NCBI RefSeq assembly: GCF_009914755.1
Contig: NC_060927.1
Strand: one strand, 5' to 3'
Length of the DNA stretch: 64,000 bases
Origin: the human T2T-CHM13v2.0 reference genome, Homo sapiens
In this document: one piece after another, positions 14,536 through 28,398 of the stretch
Position numbering within the stretch: the stretch's first letter is position 1
Layout of the letters: each line of letters begins with the position of its first letter
Notes under the pieces: model-generated
Databases searched by the model: none
What the model was told of the DNA's origin: nothing
What the model saw: the letters and a program-made list of their open reading frames with translations, nothing else
Made by a program: the position numbers and the translations under genes

Positions 14536-14849
14536 TGTTTTTTAATTTTTATTTTAATTTTTTTTTGAGACAGGGTCTCACTTTTTCACATAAGCCAGAG
14601 TGAAGTGGCATGAACAGAGCTCACTGCAGCCTCAACCACCTGGGCCCAAGCAACCCTCCTGTCTCAGCCCCCAAGTAGCTGGGATCACAGGCGCATGCCA
14701 CCATGCCCAGATTAATTTTTGTATTTTTTGTAGAGATGGGGTTTCGCCATGTTGCCCAGGCTTGTCTCAAACTCCTAAGCTTAGGCAATCTGCCTTCCTC
14801 AGCCTCCCAAAGTTCTGTGATTACAGGCCTGAGCCACTGCACCCAACCA
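14536..14849 (-). mobile_element. AluJb-like
   Basis: Diverged Alu dimer with T tail. Confidence 0.88.
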
Positions 14850-14865
14850 AAGACAAAAATTAAGC

Positions 14866-15125
14866 TTTTTTTTTTAAATTTTTATTTCCATAGGTTTTTG
14901 GGGAACAGGTGATATTTGGTTAGATGAGTAAGTTCTTTAGTGGAGATTTGTGAGATTTTGGTGCACCCATCTCCAGAGCAATATACACTAAACTTAACTT
15001 GTAGTCTTTTATCCCCTACCCCCTTCCCACTCTTACCTCTGAGTCCCCGAAGTCCACTGTGTCATTCTTATGCCTTTGCATCCTCATGGCTTGGCTCCCA
15101 CTTATGAGTGAGAACATAAACATTT
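14866..15125 (-). mobile_element. L1PB-like 3' end fragment
   Basis: ataggtttttggggaacaggtg...gtaagttctttagtgg...ctcccacttatgagtgagaac. Confidence 0.8.
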
Positions 15126-15129
15126 AGCC

Positions 15130-15250
15130 TTTTTTTAAAAAAAAAATTGAGATGGAGTCTCACTATGTTGCCTAGGCTGGTCTCAAATTCCTGAGCTCAA
15201 ATTGTCCTACTGCCTCAGCCTCCTAAGTAGCTGGGATTACAGGAATGCTT
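15130..15250 (-). mobile_element. FLAM/Alu monomer
   Basis: gagatggagtctcactatgttgcctaggctggtctc...tagctgggattacagg. Confidence 0.8.
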
Positions 15251-15876
15251 TTTTCTTTCTTTCTTTTTAATTTTTTAAAACAAAAACAATGTTATATAGC
15301 CTCATGAATGTCTTTGCCTTTTGCCTTGACTGTCAGAAAATTAGTTTTAAATTCAAGCATTCTCTCAAATCTAATTTTGTTTGATGTTAGTATTTGCTGA
15401 CTTTGCTTTTTATTTGATGTATCTATTCTTTTTAATAGCTTTATTGAGGTATAATTTACACACCATAAAAATCTGCCATTTGAACTGTACGATTCAATCA
15501 TTTTTAGTAAATTTACAGAGTTGTGCTGCTATCATCACAACCCAATTTTAGAATAGTTTCATCATCCTGAAAAGACCCTTTTTCCCAACCCCAGGCAACC
15601 ATTAATCTACTACTTTCTGTCCCTATAGATTTGCCTAATCTGGTTATTTCATGTAAACAAAATCACACCAGAGTCAAACCATTTGTGGCTGGCTTCCACT
15701 GCTGAGCATAACAATTTCAAGGAAAATCTATGTAATAACATGTATCATTTACATGGTATCTTTTAAAGTGCAAAACTTAAAAATTTTGATAAATTCCAAT
15801 GAATTTTGATTCATTTTGAGTTGTTTTGTGTGTATGATGTGAGATAAGGGTTTGAATTCATCCTCGTCCGTCAGTA

Positions 15877-16012
15877 TAGGTGCTCCTTGATTTATGATGG
15901 GGTTACATTTTGATAAACTCATTGTAAGTCAAAAATATTTTAAATGGAAAATGCATTTAATACTGTGATAAACCGGTTGTAAAGTCAAAACTTGTAAACC
16001 AGGGGTTATCTG
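15877..16012. mobile_element. Short MER47-like (Tigger) MITE
   Basis: Ends resemble MER47 termini (aggtgctccttgatttatgatggggttac ... ggggttatctg); TA flanks; similar to the 59985 copy. Confidence 0.7.
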
Positions 16013-16122
16013 TACTTCATTCTTTTTATTGCTGAATAATATTCCCTCGTATGGATATACCACACTTTATTTATCCATTCACCAGTTGATGGACATTTGG
16101 ATTTTTTTCAGGTTTTGGCTAT

Positions 16123-16483
16123 AGTATTAGTCCATTTTCACACTGCTAAAAATAACCACCTGAGACTGGGTAATTTATAAAGAAAAGAGGTTTAATTGAC
16201 TCACAGTACCACATGGCTGGGGAGGCCTCAGGAAACTTACAATCATGGCGGAAAGCAAAAGGGAAGTAAGGCATGTCTTACATGGTGGCAGGAAAAAGTT
16301 AAGGTGGGGAGTGCCACACTTTTAAACCATCAGCTCTCATGAGAACTCACTCACTATCATGAGAACAGCATGGGGAAAATCTGCTCCCATGATCTAATTA
16401 CCTCCCACCAGGTCCCTCTCCTGACCTGTGGGATTACAATTCGACATGAGATTTGAGAAGGGACACAGAGCCAAACCATATCA
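16123..16483 (-). mobile_element. MSTA/THE1-type MaLR solo LTR
   Basis: gtattagtccattttcacactgct...gagactgggtaatttataaag...ccaaaccatatca; 5 bp TSD gctat. Confidence 0.9.
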
Positions 16484-16780
16484 GCTATTATGAGTAATCT
16501 TCTATGAGCATTCACATACAAGTTTTTGTGTGGATGCACATTTTTATTTCTCTTGAGTAGATACCTAGAAGAAGAATTGCTGGATCTTATGGTTAATTTA
16601 TGTTTAACTTTTAAACTGTTTTCCAAAGTAGCTGTACCATTTTACATATCCTGCAACGATGTATGAAGGTTCCAGTTTCTCTATGTCTGTACCAACACTT
16701 GCTATTGCCTGCCTTTTGGATTATAGCCATTTTAATGGGTGTGCAGTGGTATCTTACCTTGGCTTTAACTTGCATTTCCC

Positions 16781-17077
16781 AGCTGGGTACAGTAGCTCAT
16801 GCATGTAATCCTAGCATCTTGGGTGGCTGAGGCAGGCAGATCATTTGAGCTCAGGAGCTTGAGACCAGCCTGGGCAATGTGGTGAAACCCTGTCTCTACA
16901 AAAAATACAAAAATTAGCCAGGCAAGGTGGCACACACCTGTGGTTCCAGCTACTCAGGAGGCTGAGGTGGCAGGATCGCTTGACTCCAGTTGAGGCTGGA
17001 GTGAGCCGTGATTGTGTCACTGCACTACAGTCTGGGTGACAGAGTAAGACCCTGTCTCAAAAAAAAGAAAAAAAAAA
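16781..17077 (+). mobile_element. AluJ
   Basis: Alu dimer with TSD ttgcatttccc. Confidence 0.9.
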
Positions 17078-19501
17078 GAATTTGCATTTCCCTAGTAACA
17101 AATGATGTTAAGCATCTTTTCTTGTGCTTATTGGTCATTCAGATATCTTCTTTAGTAAAATGTTTATTCAAATGTTTTGCCCACTTTAAAAATTGAGTTT
17201 TCTTCTTACTATTAAATTGTAAGAGTTCTTTATATATTCTGGATACAAGTCCCTTACCAGATACATGACTTACAAGTATTTTTCTCCCAGTATGTGATTT
17301 ACCTTTTTATTTTGTTAATGGTATCTTTTGAAGTGCAAAACTTAAAAAAAATTGATAAATTCCAATGAATGTTGATTCGTTTTGAATTAATTTTTTGTGT
17401 ATGATGTGAGATAAGGGTTTGGATTCATCTTTGTCTTTCTGTATATCTAATTATTGCAGCACCATGTGTTGAAAAGATGGCTTGTCTTTTGCTGGCTTCA
17501 CTTTTATTTTATTTTATTTGTGCCTTTAAAGAAAAGGTGAAGTAGGCATAAATAATTTATGAACAAAAATGAAGATGCTCTCTGTGTTGAATTTCTAAAT
17601 GCTTACATGAGAGAATGAGCATCATCAGACTGACGTGTTAACAATAATTTGAACCACAATTTTATTTTGTTCCCTTCTTCTTCCCCATTCCCTCCCCAAC
17701 CCTGTAGTTAACATCTGCTTCTCTCCTGTAAGAGGAAGTGAAAGATTTAGGTCAGGCCCCAAACCAAACTATCTTTACTGCACTCTTCCCTTTTAAGAAA
17801 AAAAAAACCCACCCTGCTGGGTCCGTTTAGCACTAAATTACCCTACATCAACGGTTCTATTGTGATTTTTGGAAGTTGGCCTTCCCCCGGAAGCAGAACT
17901 GCTGTTGCTGGGACTGGGTGTTATGAAATCAATCTAGCTGGTCACTTTGAAGGATGCTGACAGGAGTCAAGAGAGACGATCCTTCAAGTATCACAGGACT
18001 TTCCCTTATATTTGCTTTACAGATGAATTTCTTACAAGAAATATCTCAGAGGAATATTACCAGAGCTGGAGATCTTCCACATTCAGATCCTACATGTATC
18101 TGTGGTGCTGGGCAGAGGTAACCCCAAGTAAGAATAGGTTCAGTTGACTGATACAAGGCAGCAAGACTGGCATCCTTGGGGAAGTCTGTCTCTGGAAAGA
18201 TATTATCCATCCTGCTATCTTAAGTCATTATAAAGAACAGGATGATTGCATCTTCCTTTATGGATATGTACTGGGTTCCTCTCTTTTATGGTGCTGACCT
18301 AGCAGCTATAACTGGGGTATCTTTCTACTCTGGCTTTGACAAATATCCCTCACAATCAGGGCTGTGGCATAATAATGATAAAAATCATAGCTAATATGCA
18401 TATAGCATATACCTTATTATATACCAGCAACCCTTTTCCTGTCTTACATATATTAACTCATATAACTGTGTCTTGGCTATACGTATTAAAATGAATTATT
18501 GAGAGGAATAGTGATATAGAAGCAATTGACATATTATTTGGACTGTATGGGGAACTCCATCTCCTAAAAGAGCTTTGAGACCAGAAGGAAAGGCCTGAGA
18601 CAGTACTTGAGGGGTAAAGGTGAACAGAAGGGTTGTTTTTTAGGGTCTCATATTCTTTCATCTCTAGAACTCATTCAAGACAAAAGTTACAGGGAGAAGA
18701 CACTGATCTTCATTTCCCAGCTTTGGTTAGACATATTCTTTTAGAATCCTTCTTCAAGGGCCTCCAGAATCCCTGTCATCCCTCATTTCCAGGCATTCAC
18801 CTTAGTGCCTGCTTTCCCTGCTGTGGCATGGGGCCATTCCCCAGCTATCCAGGTTTGTCCTTGGCAGGTTGGGGTCTCCCTCGATGCTTTCCTGTCCTGT
18901 CTTTCAATGTGACAACTGTTTGCTAGAAGGGGGCAGTTTCAGCATTAAGGGTGAGGTCCTGTAACATTTTAACTCACTGCTGGCCCAAACAAAAGATTTC
19001 ACCAAGTTTAAGATTTTAGTAATATACAAACATTTTGGCTTATTTTAGGCTATTAGCCAGTTTGTTCCATTTTAGTATAAGATTCAGAAGCTAGTTTCTG
19101 GGAGAAAACGAAAGGAGAGGGGAGAGGCTGAGGGCATACGGTGTCTGAAACAAGAAGAGCTGAAAAGGAAGGAAAGATTGGAAAGCCTTTGTCTACATCA
19201 AAATTTTGCTGAGGTCTTTCCCTGACAGAAAGGCTAATAAGAGATGCAGGTAGGTCCTTCATTCCTGCCCCCAGATCACACCAATGTTATTAACTATGGT
19301 CTCCTACAAACCGTGCACTCAACTTTGTTGTCTAACACAGGAGAATGACTCAAATGAGGGGAATGTCCAGACCCATGAAAGTCAGGTTATTGCAAATGGA
19401 GGTAGGCAACTAGTTTTAGACAGGTGCTTCCAGAGAAGACATGCTTTAGATGGCAATCTCCTCACTGATACATGAAGGCAGACCCTGCCAAGCTGGGTAT
19501 A

Positions 19502-20090
19502 TGATCAAGATGGTCTTAAAGTTCCCCTCAGCTTGACTAAATTTTAGACAGGCTTCTTCCCGAGTATAGGCCCTTGAGCTCTCTTTTTCTTAGAGCATGT
19601 ACTTCATTTTTCCTTTCTTTTTTCCCCCCTTTTTCATAGAACTGTAGTTCAGAAGGAAGAATATTTACTGTAGAAAGCTTGTAATTGTAAATTCTTTGGC
19701 CCTCTGAGAGGTCAATCTTCTCCCAACCTCTTGCAAGTTTTATAACCCAGGAATGTCTTTCACAAGGACCTGGGAGCCGCCACTTTGCAATGTAATTATC
19801 AAGAAAGACAGCTCCCCTATTTCCCAGTCTCTGTGGGACCATAGGAGCCTAGCTTTAATACATGAACAAGCACCAGCTAGCAAACACAGATGGCCTACTC
19901 CCACTGGCCAGCGCTAATGTCCTCTAGTACTTTTCTATTTGCTCACTCCAGTGCTTAAAAATTCTCCCTCTTTTTGTTTTCAAGTTTAACCATTCTCCCC
20001 TATTGCAATAGACTTGACTCCTATGGCAATAAGTATTGAATACAGTCTTTCTTGCCTGTTTAGCTCTATGCTGTGCAATTTTTCTTTGAT
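19502..20090 (+). mobile_element. MER31-like ERV1 solo LTR
   Basis: aaagttcccctcagcttgactaaattttagacaggcttc...cttagagcat...cccaggaatgtcttt...caaggacctgggagcc. Confidence 0.7.
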
Positions 20091-20337
20091 ATATAGAAAC
20101 TTGCACAGTATTTTACCTAAACCGACTCCAAATGAGTTTGAAAAGCCATTAACCCAGAACACAGGATAACTTTGTCATGGTACACTGTTATTTGGACTAA
20201 TTTTTTGGGGGGATTCTGACATATAAAACATTTTGCATAATATCTCCTTTAATAAGTCCAAAACCAAAACCAGAATGCTTCTCATCTTTCTTTGTCATGA
20301 GATATACCAGGTATTCAAAAATACACAATTCTATACA

Positions 20338-20340
<3 letters not shown>

Positions 20341-20376
<36 letters not shown>
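20341..20376. repeat. (CA)n microsatellite
   Basis: Directly visible. Confidence 0.97.
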
Positions 20377-20379
20377 TTA

Positions 20380-20625
20380 GTAGCTATTTTTTTTGTAGGC
20401 CTACTTTATGCTAGGCACTGTGTACTTTCTATACATAGTACTTTATAAACATTTCTTCATTTAATTCTTATGGCATCTCTATGATTAGGGCTCATTATTT
20501 ATTTTACAGATGAGGAAGCTGGGGCTCAGAGAGGTTAAGTAATCACCTTAAATCACAGCTGGTACACGTCAGAAGTGTGATATTAATTCAGTCACTGAGT
20601 CTATAAATCATAAAATCGTGCTTTT
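20380..20625 (-). mobile_element. MIR
   Basis: attttacagatgaggaagctggggctcagagaggttaagtaa core. Confidence 0.85.
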
Positions 20626-22404
20626 AATGGTTGTTTTCCAAGGATTCACTGGGCTACCTTGTTAGGATTCTGGCCCAGAGAGAAATCTGTATTTCCAAAG
20701 GGATTAAGGATGAGCTTCTGTCAAGTTTTGCTTCTGTCTTACCTCCTGGAGGCATTGTACTATTTCCCTGAGTAAAGATTTTACTATTTCTTGGAGGACT
20801 TCTTCCCAAAGTATGTCCCCCATACCCCTTCCCGCCCCTGTTTTCTCTGTATCCATGTATCCCACCCTTGTTTTCTCTGTATGCTTTGTGGCCTGGTCCA
20901 GTCTCTTGGAGCAGCCATTCTGATCTTGCTTTCAGGGTTGCTCTGACAAGAACAGCTGGGGATCTCCCCTGGTGCTTCCAGCATTCAGTATGTGCTTCCT
21001 CAGTAGACCTTGAAGATGGTAGCAATTTCCTCTCTGACTCATGCATAGGAGGAGATTCCAACATTTTCTCTGTCATTCTCTCAATCATCTGTCCTCTCAG
21101 CAGCACTTGGGTGATGACTAGGGCTCAAATAATGCACTATGATATCACCAGCTCACAACTGATGACATCACAAGGCACAATAATAACAAAAGCATCAGGA
21201 AGCAGGCAGAGCAAGGGTTTCGATGTATTTCAACATATCTGCAATGCCAGAGAAACCAATCCCTGTTTAAAAACCTAAGTCTTTCTAGCTTCCAAGTTTT
21301 TTCTCTGAGATGGAAGGAATCTTTCTAGTATTGACTACCTTCATTAAATACTTGTTATTTCTGAGTCTATGCTTAAAAGTATCCTAGACAGAATCTCAGA
21401 ACCACTTCACTGCCTAGAAAAACCATCTCTGGGACTGTGAATGGCTCTGTGCTCCAGGCAGGTGACAAGTCACATTTCTGCTATAGAGCCCACCTGTCAT
21501 ATAGGGTGCTGTAAGGTTTTATTTTGTGGACCTGTAGAAAGCACTCTGTGGGTTTATGAACCTGGGCCGCTTGAATTCAGGGGAGCAATGATGAGGGCAC
21601 TAAAATTCTCTGCTTCCAACTTTTCTCCTTTCTTCTGTTGGAGTGGCTCCCTCTCACTAGGCCTCCAGCACATGCAGCCCTTGCCTTGGATGAATCTAAG
21701 AATTTTACTTCTATTTATTACTGATACCAGGGTTTAGATTATTTTCAGTGTTAATGAGGCATTTTATGGAAATCAACATATATTGTCATAGACAAGAGAA
21801 GTTAAAATTATTTAAAATAATACTTTTCTCTAGCTATAAGAACTTCGTGGAAAATTTGGAAATTGGAAAATACAGAAATAAAAAAGTTATGCACAATCCC
21901 ATTAACCCAGAAGCATTCATTGCTAACAGTTTTTTTTAATCTTTCAATCTTTTATTCTGAAGCTCTTTTGTTTTCAAACAAAAAGACATGGCCCCTAAGC
22001 CCTAAAACTTACAACTTCAAGGGCAACACAAATGAGAAAAATTAAGACAAAATGAGATTGAAAACCCAATAACATATGAAATATTGGTGATAATAGAACT
22101 TCAATCCTTCTGTGAGCATATCTACTCAATTTTTATTTTAAAATGAGAAAATTCTAAAAATCCATATACAGTCAATTTGGAAAACAGATGAGTCTGTCAA
22201 GCTCTCAGTGGACAAGCTACAGCTAATTAGTGGCTACAAAACAATTAATGGATAAGCATAATGAATAAGTTTGGGGTTGATTCAGAAAAGAAATATGAGG
22301 TGACTTAGTAAACACTGCATTTTTGATATGCTCCCTGGCTTGTAAAAATGCCATTGAGACACATATTGCCTGGAATCAGTCACATCCTGTCTTGTTTACC
22401 ACTT

Positions 22405-22560
22405 ATTAAGTATCCGTAGGCAAGTTACTTAACCTCTCTAATGTTTTCTCGTCTATAAAGTAGGGAAAACAGGTTGTTGTGACTATTAATTGAGATAATT
22501 CCTCTAACATGTTTAATGTAGTCCCTGATGTGTGACAAGTGCTCAAGAAATGCTGAGTAT
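22405..22560 (+). mobile_element. MIR
   Basis: ggcaagttacttaacctctct...aagtgctcaagaaatg. Confidence 0.75.
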
Positions 22561-22725
22561 GATTAGAGGTAGTGGAAGGTAGCGGGTAGGACAAGCTCTG
22601 GTCAGACTGCCTTGCCACTCTTGTGGCATTTTTTCTACTGGGTTGTAAGACTGGATCATCAACAATGATGTGAATTTGAAAATGAACCAGTTTTGTCTTT
22701 GAATTGCTTTAAGGTAAATTATTAA

Positions 22726-23083
<358 letters not shown>

Positions 23084-23389
23084 AGTCAATTTTTTCTAAT
23101 GAAGACTTTTTTCATCATTATAGACTCTTAGAGAGTAGCAGTTATTTACTTTTAATGAATCCACATACAGTTTCACCATTAAGATGGTAAAACCAAAAGC
23201 CAAAAAAGCAGTTCTTTACTTTGGAAAATGTACTGTTGAATACATTTGGAGCCCATTATAACTTGACCTCTTGTAGTGCTCAGAGCTGCCCACTATGAAC
23301 CAGTTATTGGTGGAAGGATGGACAGAGAGAAAGAGTCAGAGAGAACCTGAATATATGTTACACTGTGATATTTGTGGAGAAACCAAAAC

Positions 23390-24286
<897 letters not shown>

Positions 24287-24508
24287 AACTTTTTTTTTTT
24301 TAAATTATACTTTAAGTTCTGGGGTACATGTGCAGAACGTGCAGTTTTGTTACATAGGTATACACATGCCATGGTGGTTTGCTGCACCCATCAACCCATC
24401 ATCTACATTAGGTATTTCTCCTAATGCTATCCCTCCCCTAACCACCAACCCCCCTGACAGGCCTTAGTGTGTGATGTTCCCCTCTCTGTGTCCATGTGTT
24501 CTTGTTGT

Positions 24509-27500
24509 TCAACTCCCACTTATGAGTGAGAATGTGCAGTGTTTGGTTTTCTGTTCTTGTGGTAGTTTGCTGAGAATAATGGTTTCCAGCTTCATCCATG
24601 TCCCTGCAAAGGACACAAACTCATCATTTTTAACGGCTGTATAGTATTCCATAGTGTATATGTGCCACATTTTCTTTATCCAGTCTATCATTGATGGGCA
24701 TTTGGGTTGGTTTCAAGGCTTTGCTATTGTGAATAGTGCCACATTAAACATGTGTGCATGTGTCTTCATAGTAAAATGATTTATAATCCTTTGGGTATAT
24801 ACCCAGTAATGGGATTGCTGGGTCAAATGGTATTTCTAGTTATCAATCATTGAGAAATCGCCACACTGTCTTCTACAATGGTTGAACTAATTTATACTCC
24901 CACCAACAATGTAAAAGCATTCCATTTCTCCATATCATCTCCAGCATCTGTTGTTTCCCGACTTTTTAATGATTGCCATTCTAACTGGCATGGATGGTAT
25001 CTCATTGTGGTTTTGATTTGCATTTCTCTAATGACCAGTGATGATGAGGTTTTTTTCATATGTTTGTTGGCTGCATAAATGTCTTCTTTTGAGAAGTGTC
25101 TGTTCATATCCTTCACACACTTTTTGAGGGGTTTTTCTTTTCTTGTAAATTTGTTTAAGTTCTTTGTAGATTCTGGATATTAACTCTTTGTCAGATGACG
25201 GATAGATTGCAAAAATATTTTCCCATTCTGTAGGTTGCCTGTTCACTCTGATGATAGTTTCTTTGGCTGTGCAGAAACTCTTTAGTTTAATTAGATCCCC
25301 TTTGTCAATTTTGGTTTGTGCTGCCATTGCTTTTGGTGTTTTAGACATGAAGTCTTTGAATATGCCTATGTCCTGAATAGTATTCCCTAAGTTTTCTTCT
25401 AGGGTTTTTATGGTTTTAGGCCTTACTTTCAAGTCTTTAATCCATCTTAAGTTAGTTTTTGTATAAGGTGTAAGGAAGGGGTCCAGTTTCAGTTTTCTGC
25501 ATATGGTTAACTAGTTTTCCCAACACCATTTATTAAATAGGGAATCCTTTCCCCATTGCTTGTTTTTGTCAGGTTTTTCAAAGATCAGATGGTTGTAAAT
25601 GTGTGGTATTATTTCTGAGGCTTCTATTCTGTTTTGGTACCAGTACGATGCTGTCTTGGTTACTGTAGCATTGTAGTATAGCTTGAAGTCAGGTAACGTG
25701 ATGCCTCCAGCTTTGTTCTTTTTGCTTAGGATTGTCTTGGCTATATGCGCTGTTTTTTGGTTCCATATGAACTTTAAAGTAGTTTTTTCCAATTCTGTGA
25801 AGAAAGTCAATGGTAGCTTGATGGGGATAGCATTGAATCTATACAATACTTTGGGCAGTATGGCCATTTTCACAATACTGATTCTTTCTATCCATAAGCA
25901 TGGAATGCTTTTCCATTTATTTGTGTCCTCTCTTATTTCCTTGAGCAGTGGTTTGTAGTTCTCCATGAAGAGGTCCTTTACATCCATTGTAAGTTGTATT
26001 CCTAGGTATTTTATTCTCTTTGTACCAATTTTGAATGGGAGTTCACTCATGATTTGGCTCTCTGTTTGTCTGTTATTGGTGTATAGGAATGCTTGTGATA
26101 TTTGCACATTGATTTTGTATCCTGAGACTTTGCTGAAGTTGCTTATCAACTTAAGGAGATTTTGGGCTGAGATGATGGGATTTTCTAAATATACAATCAT
26201 GTTATCTGCAAACAGAGACAATATGACTTCCTCTCTTCCTATTTGAATACGCTTTATTTCTTTCTCTTGCCTGATTGCGCTGGTCAGAACTTCCAATACT
26301 ATGTTGAATAGGAGTGGTGAGAGAGGGCATCCTTGTCTTGTGCTGGTTTTCAAAGGGAATGCTTCCAGTTTTTGCCCATTCAGTATGATATTGGCTGTGG
26401 GTCCGTCATAAATAGCTCTTATTATTTTGAGATATGTTCCATCAATACCTAGTTTATTGAGAGTTTTTAGCATGAAGGGTGTTGAATTTGATTGAAGGCC
26501 TTTTCTGCATCTATTAAGTTAATCATGCTGTTTTTGTCATCGATTCTTTTTATGTGATGGATTATGTTTATTGATTTGCGTATGTTGAACCAGACTTGCA
26601 TCCCAGGTATGCAGCCAACTTGATTGTGGTGGATAAGCTTTTTGATGTGCTGCTAGATTTTGTTTGCCAGTATTTTATTGAGGATTTTTGCACTGATGTT
26701 CATCAGGGATATTGGCCTGAAATTTTCTTTTTTGTGTGTGTGTCTCTTCCAGGTTTTGGTATCAGAATGATGCTGGCCTCATAAAATGAGTTAGGGAGAA
26801 TTCCCTCTTTTTCTATTGATTGGAATTGTTTCAGAAGGAATGGTACCAGCTCCTTTTTGTACCTCTGGTAGAATTTGGCTGTGAATCCATCTGCTCCTGG
26901 ACTTTTTTGATTGGTAGGCTATTAATTACTGCCTCAATTACTGCAGTAATTATTAATTACTGCCTCAATTTCAGAACTTGTTATTGGTCTATTCAGGGAT
27001 TCAACTTCTTTCTGGTTTAGACTTGGGAGGGTGTATGTGTCCAGAAACTTACCCATTTCTTTGATTTTCTAGTTTATTTGCATAGAGGTGTTTATAGTGT
27101 TCTCTACTGGTAGTTTGTATTTCTCTGAGATCAGTGGTGATATCCCCTTTATCATTTTTAATTGCATCTGTTTGACTCTTCTCTCTTTTCTTCTTTATTA
27201 GTCTGGCTAGTGGTCTGTCTATTTTGTCGATCTTTTCAAAAAGCCAGCTCCTGGATTCGTTGATTTTTTTGAAGGGGTTTTTGTGTCTCTATCTCCTTCA
27301 GTTCTGCTCTGGTCCTAGTTATTTCTTGTCTTCTGCTAGTTTTTGAATTTTTTTGCTGTTGCTTCTTTAGTTCTTTTAATTGTGATGTTAGGGTGTTGAT
27401 TTTAGATCTTTCTAGCTTTCTTCTGTGGGCATTTAGTGCTATAAATTTCCCTCTAAACACTGCTTTAAATGTATACCAGAGATTCTGGTACATTGTGTCT

Positions 27501-28335
27501 TTGCTCTCATTGGTTTCAAACAGCATCTTTATTTCTGCCTTAATTTCATTATTTACCCAGTAGTCATTCAGGAGCAGGTTGTTCAGTTTCCACGTAGTTG
27601 TGCAGTTTTGAGTCAGTTTCTTAATTCTGAGCTCTAATTTAATTGCATTGTGGTCTGAGAGCATGTTATAATTTCCATTCTTTAGCATTTGCCGAGGAGT
27701 GTTTTAGTTCTAATTATATGGTCAATTTTAGAACAAGTGCGATGAGGTGCTGAGAAGAATGTATATTCTGTTGATTTGGGGTGGAGAGTTCTGTAGATGT
27801 CTATTAGGTCTTCTTGGTCCAGAGGTGAGTTCAAGTCCTGAATATCCTTGTTAATTTTCTGTCTTGTTGATCTGTCTAATATTGACAATGGGGTGTCAAA
27901 GTCTCCAACTATTACTGTGTAGGACTCTAAGTCTTTTTGTAGGTCTCTAAGAACTTGCTTTATGAATTTGGGTGTTCCTGTAGTGGGTGCATATATACTT
28001 GGGATAGTTAGCTCTTCTTGTTGAATTGATCCCTTTACCATTATGTAATGCCCTTCTTTGTCTTTTTTGATCTTTGTTGGTTTAAAGTCTGTTTTATCAG
28101 AGACTAGGATTGCAAACCCTGCTTTTTTTTTGTTATCCATTTGCATCGTAAATATTCTTCCATCCCTTATTCTGAAACTATGTGTGTCTTTGTACATGAG
28201 ATGAGTGTCCTGAATACAGCACACTGATGGGTCTTGACTCTTTATCCAATTTGCCAGTCTGTGTCTTTTAACTGGGGCATTTAGCACATTTACATCTAAG
28301 GTTAATATCGTTATGTGTGAATTTGATCCTGTCAT
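24509..28335 (-). pseudogene. Disrupted L1 ORF2 (endonuclease/RT)
   Basis: MTGSNSHITILTL... start; fragments 27682-28335, 27236-27688, 25511-26473; catalytic FADD reads FADN. Confidence 0.93.
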
Positions 28336-28398
28336 TATGATCCTAGCTGGTTATTTTGTCCATTAGTTGATGAAGTTTCTTCATAGCATCAATGGTCT

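Larger units (their letters stand above)
15425..17480 (-). mobile_element. L1MB-like 3' region hosting MER47-like, MST/THE1 and AluJ insertions
   Basis: aatagctttattgaggtataatttaca 3' end; ORF2 antisense remnants (ISLVTNDVKHLFLCLLVI). Confidence 0.85.

Noticed and set aside
21585-21730. C/D box snoRNA (atgatga ... ctga)
   Set aside because: No terminal stem and no recognisable guide; such short boxes occur by chance
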